Source: Xanthobacteraceae bacterium (GTDB lineage Bacteria > Pseudomonadota > Alphaproteobacteria > Rhizobiales > Xanthobacteraceae). Taken from it: DNA of 64,000 bases. The first letter of the stretch is position 1. Each line of letters begins with the position of its first letter. The position numbers were made by a program, and so were the translations under genes. The notes beneath the pieces were generated by a model. It searched no databases and was not told the DNA's origin. It was given only the letters and a program-made list of their open reading frames with translations. The stretch covers positions 6,001-70,000 of the forward strand of contig DATHPQ010000095.1 of assembly GCA_035483735.1 (NCBI GenBank), given 5' to 3'. Below, one piece after another: positions 1 through 8,132 of the stretch.

Positions 1-1
1 A

Positions 2-238
2 GCGACCTTCGATGCGATCAAGGCCGAGACGCAGCTTCTGTTTGCGTCGGACTGGCCGCATTGGGACTTTGACCTGCCGGCCGCGATCACCTCGCTGCCG
101 TTCCTGAACGAACAGGCCAAGCGCAATATTCTCGGCCTGAATGCGGCACGCTTGTTCAAGCTCGAAGTCCCCAGGCACAAATTGAACAGGCCCAACCTCA
201 AGAAGGCACCGGGGCCACGCGTGCCGGTGACGGCCTGA
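2..238 (+). CDS. amidohydrolase-family metal-dependent hydrolase, C-terminal fragment (5' end outside window)
   Basis: Absent from the ORF track because it has no start in the window. Frame 2 reads ...AETQLLFASDWPHWDFDLPAAITSLPFLNEQAKRNILGLNAARLFKLE... and ends at TGA 236-238. The SDWPHxD and NILxxNAxRLF endings are typical of amidohydrolase_2 (PF04909-type) enzymes. Confidence 0.6.
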   Translation, partial: ATFDAIKAETQLLFASDWPHWDFDLPAAITSLPFLNEQAKRNILGLNAARLFKLEVPRHKLNRPNLKKAPGPRVPVTA

Positions 239-243
239 AATTC

Positions 244-600
244 ATGCCGAAGGTCCGGAAAGCAGCCAACCGCGCCGCAAAACCAAGCCGCGCCAACGCA
301 CCACGCCGCGCGAGGAAGCCGGCCGGGAAAGCTAACGACTTTTGTGCCGTGGCCCGCGACGCGCTCAAGCGCGGCGAGCCGGATGCGATCTCCGACAGGG
401 AGCTGCAACAGGTCCTGACCGCAGCCGTTAAAGTCTACGCGGCCAAGGTCGAGCGGCGCGGCCATGACGTTGCGCCATTCCCGCGCGGCACGGTAACGGC
501 GACCGAAACGGTGGTGACGGCGTGCGGGCTGATCCGCGCCGCCGACCTCAATATGTTCGATGTGGCGATCTGGTTTCATCGCCCGCCGGGGATCGAGTGA
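244..600 (+). CDS. hypothetical protein, 118 aa (basic K/R/A/P-rich N-terminus, helical-looking C-terminal part)
   Basis: Starts 5 nt after the amidohydrolase stop and ends 26 nt before the Rieske gene, on the same strand. GC-rich third positions. No family recognised. Confidence 0.45.
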   Translation: MPKVRKAANRAAKPSRANAPRRARKPAGKANDFCAVARDALKRGEPDAISDRELQQVLTAAVKVYAAKVERRGHDVAPFPRGTVTATETVVTACGLIRAADLNMFDVAIWFHRPPGIE

Positions 601-626
601 AATTCATCGGGGAATGGAGCAACGCG

Positions 627-995
627 ATGGATGAAGTCTCAGTCGGCAAGCTGACCGACATTGCCGATGGCGATTACCGCGTGTTCGCTCTGGAGAATCT
701 CGAGGTCGGCATTTTCCGCACCGGCAGCAAAGTGCTGGCCTACGAGAACGTCTGCCCGCATGCGGGCGGCCCGGTCTGCCAGGGCAAGATCTTTCATCAG
801 GTGGAAGAAATCATAACGCCCGACCAGAAGAGCGCGGGGCTGCGCTTCGGCAAGCAGCGCCACATCGTCTGCCCGTGGCACGGCTATGAATTCGACCTCG
901 CCACCGGCTGCCATCCCGGCGACGCTTCGGTGCGGCTCACGCCGGTGCCGGTCGCGGTCCGCAACGGCAAGATCTACGTTAGCGTGCGGGATTAG
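627..995 (+). CDS. Rieske [2Fe-2S] domain protein (ferredoxin-like, 122 aa)
   Basis: CPHAGGP ... CPWHGYEFD cluster-binding motifs. Start moved to ATG 627 (MDEVSVGKL...), which follows GGAG 616-619; the ORF-track start 522 overlaps the upstream ORF. Confidence 0.8.
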   Translation: MDEVSVGKLTDIADGDYRVFALENLEVGIFRTGSKVLAYENVCPHAGGPVCQGKIFHQVEEIITPDQKSAGLRFGKQRHIVCPWHGYEFDLATGCHPGDASVRLTPVPVAVRNGKIYVSVRD

Positions 996-1000
996 TTTTT

Positions 1001-1047
1001 GCGCATAATCTTTTCGGAAAACCGGTTCCCACTTTTCCGGATCATGC
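1001..1047. repeat. palindromic intergenic repeat, copy A (REP-like; probable bidirectional terminator hairpin)
   Basis: GCGCATAATCTTTTCGGAAAACCGGTTCCCACTTTTCCGGATCATGC. Arms GCATaATC..TCGGAAAA / TTTTCCGgATCATGC. Lies between convergent genes. Related copies at 12335-12379 and 28866-28938. Confidence 0.7.
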
Positions 1048-2727
1048 TTGCTGCAACATCGCGTCGGCGAGTTTCTCGGCGATCATGATGGTCGGGATAT
1101 TGGTATTGCCGCGCGTGATCGTCGGCATGATCGAGGCATCGATGACGCGAAGCGCCTCGAAGCCGTGCACCCGCCCGAAAGGATCGGTCACTGCGTCACG
1201 ATCCTCCGCCGCGCCCATGCGGCAGGTGCCGACCGGATGGAAGGTGCCGGCGACGTTTTCCTGGATATGAGCGGCGAGCGCATCGTCGTCCTGGACTAAA
1301 GCCGTAAGATCGACCCGGCGATCGGCGAGCGTGGCAAAGATCGGCTCGGCGAGCTGCGGCACAGCCTCGATGAGGCCGGCGATCGCTGCGCTTTTGATCT
1401 TGTTGCCCGTGGTGATGCGGTTGAGCCGCCGCAGACGGTCGTTGAATTTCACCGGGAAGGTCAGCCGCGCCGTATCGCGCACCGCCGGATGGCCGAGAAT
1501 CTCGACGCAACGGCGGAACCCCATCATAAACCGGCCCAGATCGAGCTCGTGGCCGGTGAAATTGAACTCGACCAGCGGGTAGGCCGCAGGATCCGCCGAA
1601 ACCAGCGACACCTGGCCGCGCGCGCAAGGCTTAAGCAGCGAAGGCGCGATATTGGCGACCTGGTGCCCGAGCGGGCTCCAGGACGTCTTGCACTGCACAT
1701 TAATGTAAATGTCCTGGGGCGGGGCTCCGGGCAGGCCGGAGGAGTAGCGGAATGCCGACATCGGGTGCGGCCGGATCTTTTCCGATTGCCGCGTCCCCGG
1801 CTTTTGCAGAAGGCCAATAAAGATGATGGCGTGATTGGAGAGATTTTGCCCGACCCCCGGCCGATCAGCCTTCACGTCGATGCCAAGCGCGCGCAAAGCG
1901 GATGCCGGACCGATGCCGGCGCGCATCAGAAAAGCCGGCGAATGGATGCCGCCAAGCGCGACAATGATTTCGCGGCCAAAAAGTTTTTGCGTTTCGCCGC
2001 CCATCGCGACAGTGACGCCGGTGGCGCGCCGTCCTTCGAATACGAGGCCGGTCACAGTCGCTTCCGCAAGCACGGTGAGATTTTTGCGGGCGCGGACGCT
2101 CGCATCAAGATAGCAGGTTTGCGCCGAGGCGCGCTTATCTGGCCAATTGCTCATCGGCACCGGACCGTAGCCGTCACGAAAATCCGCGTTCATGTCGGCG
2201 ACGAACGGAATCTGGCGTTCGGCAGCGAAAGCGCCCACCGCCTTCGATAATTGCGGCCAGTCCTCGACCTTGGTCCGCCGGATCGGTACCGGTCCGGCCT
2301 TGCCGTGTGAGGCGCCGTCAAAATCCCAATCGTTCTCGAGTCTCTTGTAGTAAGGCAGCACGTCATCCCAGCCCCAGCCAGTGGCGCCATGGGCCTGCCA
2401 CTCGGCGTAGTCACCCGGCGTGCCGCGATAGGCGACCATGCCCATGACATTCGAGCCGCCGCCGACCAGCCGGCCTTGCGAGAAACCGGTCAGCGGCGAA
2501 TTGTCCTTGCGCCGCCAATGCACTTTGAGGCCAGGCCAGAAATAGGCGTCGTTGTAGTAAGAGCGCGGATAGGAATCGAGCACGTCGGCCGGCTCGGCGC
2601 CGGCCACCACATCGCGCCCGGCCTCGAGCAGCAAAACGCTTGAGCCTGAACGCGCCGACAGCCGGTTGGCCAGCACACAGCCAGCAGCGCCGGCGCCGAC
2701 AATGATGACATCGAAATTTTGCGGCAT
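1042..2727 (-). CDS. GMC-family FAD-dependent oxidoreductase (choline dehydrogenase-like, 561 aa)
   Basis: N-terminal FDVIIVGAGAAGCVLANRLS dinucleotide fold, GGGSNVMGM, and C-terminal HPVGTCRMG...IMPTITRGNTNIPTIMIAEK GMC signatures. Start moved to ATG at 2727 (MPQNFDV...). Confidence 0.85.
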   Translation of the reverse strand: MPQNFDVIIVGAGAAGCVLANRLSARSGSSVLLLEAGRDVVAGAEPADVLDSYPRSYYNDAYFWPGLKVHWRRKDNSPLTGFSQGRLVGGGSNVMGMVAYRGTPGDYAEWQAHGATGWGWDDVLPYYKRLENDWDFDGASHGKAGPVPIRRTKVEDWPQLSKAVGAFAAERQIPFVADMNADFRDGYGPVPMSNWPDKRASAQTCYLDASVRARKNLTVLAEATVTGLVFEGRRATGVTVAMGGETQKLFGREIIVALGGIHSPAFLMRAGIGPASALRALGIDVKADRPGVGQNLSNHAIIFIGLLQKPGTRQSEKIRPHPMSAFRYSSGLPGAPPQDIYINVQCKTSWSPLGHQVANIAPSLLKPCARGQVSLVSADPAAYPLVEFNFTGHELDLGRFMMGFRRCVEILGHPAVRDTARLTFPVKFNDRLRRLNRITTGNKIKSAAIAGLIEAVPQLAEPIFATLADRRVDLTALVQDDDALAAHIQENVAGTFHPVGTCRMGAAEDRDAVTDPFGRVHGFEALRVIDASIMPTITRGNTNIPTIMIAEKLADAMLQQA

Positions 2728-2853
2728 TTTCAGTCCCGGCTTCCCTCGACGCCCGATCGAGCGCGCTTTGTTGAACGCGAACCCTTCATGCTTTACTGGA
2801 TCACGGACCGGTGCAAGCCGCTCCCGATCGGCCCGGCAGAGGTAACTATTCCC

Positions 2854-3771
2854 ATGAATTCCATGCCCGAGATGAGCGCACCTAAGACACTTCACGGCGT
2901 GATCGCCGCCGTCGCGACCGCCGTCGATGCCAAGGGCGAGCCCGATTGTGCCCGCTCGACCGCGCTGGCGCGCTTTCTGCTCGAGACCGGCTGCGATGGG
3001 CTCAATGTGCTCGGCACGACTGGCGAAGCGACTTCGTTTTCGCTGGATCAGCGCAAGCGGGTGATGACCGCCTATGCGCGGAGCGGGCTACCGCTTGACC
3101 GCATGATGGTCGGGACCGGAGCTGCCGCGCCCGCCGATGCGATCGCGCTGACCAAGCATGCCGCCGAACTCGGCTTTGCCGGCGCGCTGGTGCTGCCGCC
3201 GTTCTATTACAAAGGCGTGCACGACGACGGGCTGGTCGCCTATATCGATGCCGTTCTGACCGCGACCGCGGCGAAGCCGATCCCGATTTACCTCTATCAC
3301 TTCCCGGCGCAATCGGGCCTGCCGTGGCATGTCGCGCTGATCCGGCGCCTGCTCGATACATTCGGCCAGCGCATTGTCGGCTTGAAGGATTCATCCGGCG
3401 ACATGGCCTATGCGCGCGAGGCCGCGAGCATCCTGCCGCGCTTTAAGGTGTTTCCGTCGACCGAAGCTGCACTGCCGGAGGCCCGCTCCGGCGTATTCGC
3501 CGGCTGCATCTCGGCGACCGCCAATCTCAATGCCGATCTGTGCGGGCGCGCCTACAAGACCGGCGATGCGGCGGCACTCGCGGACGCCGTCACGATCAGG
3601 AATTTGTTCAACGGCAAGCCGCTCGTCCCGGGCATCAAGGCGCTGCTGGCTCATATCCACAACGATCCGCAATGGGCGATAATGGAGCCGCCGCTCGCGG
3701 CGTTCCCGGCAGCGGACCGAGCAGCGGTGGTGTCTGGATACGAAGCGATCCGCGCCGAACGCGTTGCTTAG
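2854..3771 (+). CDS. dihydrodipicolinate synthase (DapA/HpaI) family lyase
   Basis: LHGVIAAVATAVDAKGE..., GLNVLGTTGE, and YLYHFP...GLKDSSGD are typical of class I aldolase DapA-family proteins. Start uncertain (ATG 2854, 2863 or 2872). Divergent from the GMC gene. Confidence 0.8.
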   Translation: MNSMPEMSAPKTLHGVIAAVATAVDAKGEPDCARSTALARFLLETGCDGLNVLGTTGEATSFSLDQRKRVMTAYARSGLPLDRMMVGTGAAAPADAIALTKHAAELGFAGALVLPPFYYKGVHDDGLVAYIDAVLTATAAKPIPIYLYHFPAQSGLPWHVALIRRLLDTFGQRIVGLKDSSGDMAYAREAASILPRFKVFPSTEAALPEARSGVFAGCISATANLNADLCGRAYKTGDAAALADAVTIRNLFNGKPLVPGIKALLAHIHNDPQWAIMEPPLAAFPAADRAAVVSGYEAIRAERVA

Positions 3772-3785
3772 CGGTCCACCGGCAG

Positions 3786-3825
3786 TCCCCGCTCTGGCGG
3801 CCTACTCCCCACTCTGGCGGCCTAC
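3786..3825. repeat. 2 x 20-bp tandem direct repeat
   Basis: TCCCCGCTCTGGCGGCCTAC (3786-3805) followed immediately by TCCCCACTCTGGCGGCCTAC (3806-3825); 19/20 identical. Confidence 0.9.
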
Positions 3826-3841
3826 ATATGTATTCGTACGG

Positions 3842-3868
3842 AGCGGCTCTCGAGCCAGAGCCGCTTTT
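3842..3868 (+). terminator. putative intrinsic terminator after the DapA-family gene
   Basis: 9-bp stem AGCGGCTCT / AGAGCCGCT with a 6-nt loop, followed by TTTTAC. Confidence 0.5.
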
Positions 3869-3888
3869 ACGGTAGAATGTCACCGGCG

Positions 3889-3917
3889 TTGACGATGGCG
3901 CCCGACACCCCTATAAG
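3889..3917 (+). promoter_or_regulatory. sigma70-type promoter candidate for rpsT
   Basis: TTGACG (3889-3894), 17-nt spacer, TATAAG (3912-3917); 35 nt upstream of the rpsT ATG. Confidence 0.45.
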
Positions 3918-3951
3918 CCCCGCTCTCATTCACGACTGACTGTGTTCAACG

Positions 3952-4218
3952 ATGGCTAATACCAAGTCCGCCAAGAAGGCTGCCCGCCAGGCCGTGCGCC
4001 GAACCGCCGTTAACAAGGCGCGCCGTTCGCGCGTGCGCACCGCCGTGCGCAAGGTCGAGGAGGCGATTGCCTCCGGCGATCGTACGCGCGCCGCCGCTGC
4101 AATGGCCGAGGCCGAGCCCGCAATCATCCGTGCGGCGCAAAAAAATATCATGCACCGCAACGCTGCGCGCCGAAAAGTGTCGCGGCTTGCGCATCGGATC
4201 GCCAAACTCGCCAAGTAA
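3952..4218 (+). CDS. rpsT: 30S ribosomal protein S20
   Basis: [39 protein letters not shown]... is a classic S20 sequence; 88 aa. Confidence 0.95.
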   Translation: MANTKSAKKAARQAVRRTAVNKARRSRVRTAVRKVEEAIASGDRTRAAAAMAEAEPAIIRAAQKNIMHRNAARRKVSRLAHRIAKLAK

Positions 4219-4230
4219 GAAGCGTGCCGA

Positions 4231-4250
4231 ACGTCGGTCGATCCCGACGT
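4231..4250 (+). terminator. hairpin after rpsT (weak terminator candidate)
   Basis: 7-bp stem ACGTCGG / CCGACGT with a 6-nt loop, but no U-tract follows. Confidence 0.3.
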
Positions 4251-5232
4251 CATACACTGCCGCTCGCGTTAGGATAGCGAATTGCCATCAAACTGTTGTG
4301 CAGCCGTCATTGCCATCTGCAATGACGACCATGCTGGCTGTTGCGCAAATTTGTGCGCACCTGTTGGCTTGCGCTGGCGCCTTTCCTGTTTGTTTGCTTG
4401 CTTTTTGGTCGCGGAAGGCTACCCGACAAAAGCGATCACGAGAACTCATTTGCGATGAATGGGTTATTACGCACAGTTCGTATTGGACTTTGAATCACTG
4501 AGAATCCGCTTCGCGGCCTGATGTTTGCTCCGCGTCCTTGGACGCGGCATTTCGCGCATGTCAGTACCGTAACAAATTTGTGAATCGCCAAATTGACTCA
4601 ATGCTTTGAGCGCAGGACCGCACGATCGCCTACCGCGCGGATGTGAAAGTCGGCGATAGGTGCGGCGTTTTTAGAAGTTTTTTTACGGTTGCAGGCTGCG
4701 CATCGCGTGCTAGGGTTTCCTTCCCTTCACATCGAAGGTTTTCAACAAGCGTCCAAGTGGGAACTCATCAAGAATGGGTGCGGGAGAGCTTTGTCTTCGA
4801 GGTGCCGTACTGACGGCGTGGCGTTGGCGTTCTAGATCTGCAAGCCGTCGACGCCGAGGGTCAGGTTGCTCGAATGCAAGGGTGAACAGGCCCGCAGCCG
4901 CGTAGGACGACGGACTTAAGACGACCATCGAATCTGGGAGCGATGGAGGTGGGGCATGATGACCGCAATCTGCGATCCATTACCGGCTGCGCGCAGCGCA
5001 CTGCGCAAGCTCTTTGTGTGTAAGAGTTTTCTGAGCAGACCCTTTTGGCCGAGAGCCGCAGCGAGCGGCTGACGCCGCTTCCCCTCGATGCGAGGCCGCG
5101 TTCGCTTCGGCGAATTTGTCGGCGCAGTTGAACCACTCTTTTGGAAACGAGTTGCGACTCGGCGGTGCCGGGCACGGCTGGCTTTGCGCCTGCGGCTCGG
5201 GGAACGATTTACTTCGGGAAAGACGGGGAAAA

Positions 5233-6660
5233 ATGCAGACCATGGACCAGGAGCGCTGGCGGCGGGTAAAAGACCAGTTGCGTTCCGAACTCGGGGAAGA
5301 CGTGTTCACAAGCTGGTTCGGGCGGATGGAGCTCGACAGCGTGGACAAGGGTGTGGTGCGCCTGTCGGTCCCGACGCGCTTTCTGCGCAATTGGATTCAG
5401 TCGCATTATAGCGAAAAAGTGCTGACCCGGTGGCAGGCGGAGGAATCCGATGTCACGCGCCTGGAGCTGAGCGTCCGCTCGGCCACGATCCGCCCGATTG
5501 CCATCAAGCCGAAAATGCCCGTGGCGGTTCAACCTCTACAGAATGGGCGCGACACTTACGTCAATGGTAGCGAGATCCGTTCAAGCGTGCCGTTTATGAC
5601 GGTGCACGAGGCGCTCGGTGGCTCGCCGCTCGATCCGCGCCTCACCTTCGACAGCTTCATCGTCGGGCGTTCGAACACGCTCGCCCATGCCGCCGCCAAG
5701 CAGGTTGCGACCAGCAAGCACGGCGAGCCCTTGATGTTCAATCCGCTCTACGTGCATGCCGCCGTCGGGCTTGGCAAAACCCATCTGCTGCAGGCGATCA
5801 CCTGGGCCGGCAACGGCGCCGGCGACCGCAAGATGCTCTACTTGACGGCCGAGCGCTTCATGTACGGCTTCGTCTCGGCGCTCCGCACGCAGACCACTTT
5901 GGCCTTCAAGGAAGCAGTACGGGCCATCGACGTGCTGGTCATCGACGACCTGCAATTCCTGCAAGGCCGTTCGACCCAAGCCGAATTCTGCCACACCCTC
6001 AATACCCTGATCGATGCCGGCCGCCAGGTGGTGATCGCGAGCGACCGGCCGCCGGCCGATCTCGAGAGCCTGGACGATCGCGTGCGTTCGCGGCTCGCCG
6101 GCGGGCTCGTGGTCGAGATCGGCTCGCTCGGCGAAGAATTGCGGCTTGAAATCCTCAAAAGCCGCATCTGCGCGGCGCGTGCCCATCATCCCGGGTTTGA
6201 AGTGCCGCCGCAGGTTCTGGCCTATATCGCCAAGTCGGTGACCCATAACGGCCGTGACCTCGAAGGCGCCGTCAACCGCCTGCTCGCCCATAGCAAGCTC
6301 ACCGGCCAGCCGGTCACGCTGGAAATGGCCGAGCGCGAAATGCGCGACCTGATCCGGCCGGCCGAGCCGAAACGCGTGCGCATCGAGGACATCCAGCGCG
6401 TGGTGGCCCGCCAGTACAATGTGAGCCGCGCCGACCTGTTATCGTCGCGGCGTACGGCAAACGTCGTGCGGCCGCGGCAGGTAGCGATGTACCTGGCGAA
6501 GGTGCTGACGCTGCGTTCGCTGCCGGAAATCGGTCGCCGTTTTGGCGGCCGGGATCACACCACGGTCCTGCATGCGGTCCGCAAGATCGAAAATCTCGCC
6601 AGCAGTGACAGCGCCTTAGCTGACGAAATCGAGGGGCTCAAACGCCAGCTGCAAGATTGA
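5233..6660 (+). CDS. dnaA: chromosomal replication initiator protein DnaA (475 aa)
   Basis: N-terminal [21 protein letters not shown], Walker [11 protein letters not shown], sensor motifs, and a C-terminal DNA-binding domain (RQVAMYLAK...[15 protein letters not shown]). Start moved to ATG 5233 (MQTMDQE...) after a GGGGAA purine run; the ORF-track start 5116 adds a non-homologous extension. Confidence 0.97.
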   Translation: MQTMDQERWRRVKDQLRSELGEDVFTSWFGRMELDSVDKGVVRLSVPTRFLRNWIQSHYSEKVLTRWQAEESDVTRLELSVRSATIRPIAIKPKMPVAVQPLQNGRDTYVNGSEIRSSVPFMTVHEALGGSPLDPRLTFDSFIVGRSNTLAHAAAKQVATSKHGEPLMFNPLYVHAAVGLGKTHLLQAITWAGNGAGDRKMLYLTAERFMYGFVSALRTQTTLAFKEAVRAIDVLVIDDLQFLQGRSTQAEFCHTLNTLIDAGRQVVIASDRPPADLESLDDRVRSRLAGGLVVEIGSLGEELRLEILKSRICAARAHHPGFEVPPQVLAYIAKSVTHNGRDLEGAVNRLLAHSKLTGQPVTLEMAEREMRDLIRPAEPKRVRIEDIQRVVARQYNVSRADLLSSRRTANVVRPRQVAMYLAKVLTLRSLPEIGRRFGGRDHTTVLHAVRKIENLASSDSALADEIEGLKRQLQD

Positions 6661-6893
6661 ACCGCCGCGACACCTGAAGTGATGGCGGATCGCGAAAGCC
6701 CGTAATCGCCGGCCGCGACCGCTCCTGAAGGCACCGGGCACCCCAAAGGTCCGTAAAAATACAGGGAAAAAGCCGCGAAACCGCCGGGGCGCTCGGTCCC
6801 CGGCCTTGCCGAAACCGCCATACCACGCCACTTTTGTCGTCCGCTACCATTTGACTCCGGGATTCCGGTCCGCATTTCTCCACGGATTAAGCG

Positions 6894-8012
6894 ATGAAGG
6901 TCACAGTAGAGCGTTCCGAATTGTTGAAGTCGCTGGGCCATGTCCACCGCGTGGTGGAGCGCCGCAACACCATTCCTATCCTGGCCAATGTGCTGTTGCA
7001 TGCCGACAAATCGAAACTGTCGCTGAAGGCAACCGACCTCGACGTTGAAGTCACGGATGCGATCGCCGCCGAAGTCGGTCCCGGCGGATCGACGACGGTG
7101 CCCGCGCATATGTTCTTCGATATCGTGCGCAAATTGCCGGAAGGCGCCCAAATCGTTTTGGAATCCTCGGGTGACCGCGCGGCGCTGGCGATCCGCGCCG
7201 GCCGCTCACGGTTCACCCTGCAGACGCTGCCGGAGAGCGATTTTCCGGATCTGGCGCCGGGCGAGATGACGCACAAATTCACCCTGAAGGCCGCCGACCT
7301 GAAGCGGCTTATTGATAAGACGCAGTTCGCCATTTCGACCGAAGAGACGCGCTACTACCTCAACGGCATCTATTTGCACGCCGCCGGCTCCGGCAAAGCG
7401 CAGACGCTCCGTGCCGTCGCCACCGATGGGCACCGGCTCGCGCAGATGGAATTGGAGTTGCCGAAGGGCGCCGAGGGCATACCGGGCGTCATCATCCCGC
7501 GCAAGACCGTCAGCGAAGTGCAGCGACTGATGGAAGACGGCGACGCCGAAGTTCTGATCGAGCTCTCGCCTGGCAAGATCCGCTTCACCATCGGCCAGGC
7601 GATTTTGACCTCGAAACTGATTGACGGCACGTTTCCGGATTATAGCCGCGTCATTCCAGCGAATAACGATAAAGAGCTGGTGGTCGACAAGAAGGAATTC
7701 GAGGAGGCGGTCGATCGCGTCTCGACGGTGTCGAGCGAGCGCGGCCGCGCCGTGAAACTATCGATCACCGGCGGACGGCTGTTGCTGTCGGTGACCAATC
7801 CCGATTCCGGCAGCGCCAACGAAGAGCTCGAGGTTACCTACGAGGCCGACCCGCTCGATATCGGCTTCAACTCACGTTATCTCCTCGACATCGCCGCGCA
7901 GATCGAGAGCGAAGCGGCGGTGCTCAAACTGGCCGATCCCGGCTCGCCGACACTGATCCAAGACAAAGATCCGCGCGGCGCGCTCTATGTGCTGATGCCG
8001 ATGCGGGTATAG
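6894..8012 (+). CDS. dnaN: DNA polymerase III beta sliding clamp
   Basis: MKVTVERSELLKSLGHVHRVVERRNTIPILANVLL..., 372 aa, in the canonical position after dnaA. Confidence 0.97.
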   Translation: MKVTVERSELLKSLGHVHRVVERRNTIPILANVLLHADKSKLSLKATDLDVEVTDAIAAEVGPGGSTTVPAHMFFDIVRKLPEGAQIVLESSGDRAALAIRAGRSRFTLQTLPESDFPDLAPGEMTHKFTLKAADLKRLIDKTQFAISTEETRYYLNGIYLHAAGSGKAQTLRAVATDGHRLAQMELELPKGAEGIPGVIIPRKTVSEVQRLMEDGDAEVLIELSPGKIRFTIGQAILTSKLIDGTFPDYSRVIPANNDKELVVDKKEFEEAVDRVSTVSSERGRAVKLSITGGRLLLSVTNPDSGSANEELEVTYEADPLDIGFNSRYLLDIAAQIESEAAVLKLADPGSPTLIQDKDPRGALYVLMPMRV

Positions 8013-8132
8013 ACCGGCGGCAAAACGCTGTAGGGTCGATCCTGCCGGACCGAGGCCGCTCACGGAGCGGCAATGCCTTGCGCATGAATTTGACAATGAC
8101 TTGGCCGGCATGACGACGGCATACAATCTCGC

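Noticed and set aside
4067-5175. ORFs 4067-4501 (+), 4710-4928 (-), 4861-5175 (-), 4980-5390 (-) and 5088-5411 (+) in the rpsT-dnaA spacer
   Set aside because: They overlap rpsT or dnaA or each other, are Arg/Ser/Cys-rich, and have no SD or motif support. The region is treated as non-coding.
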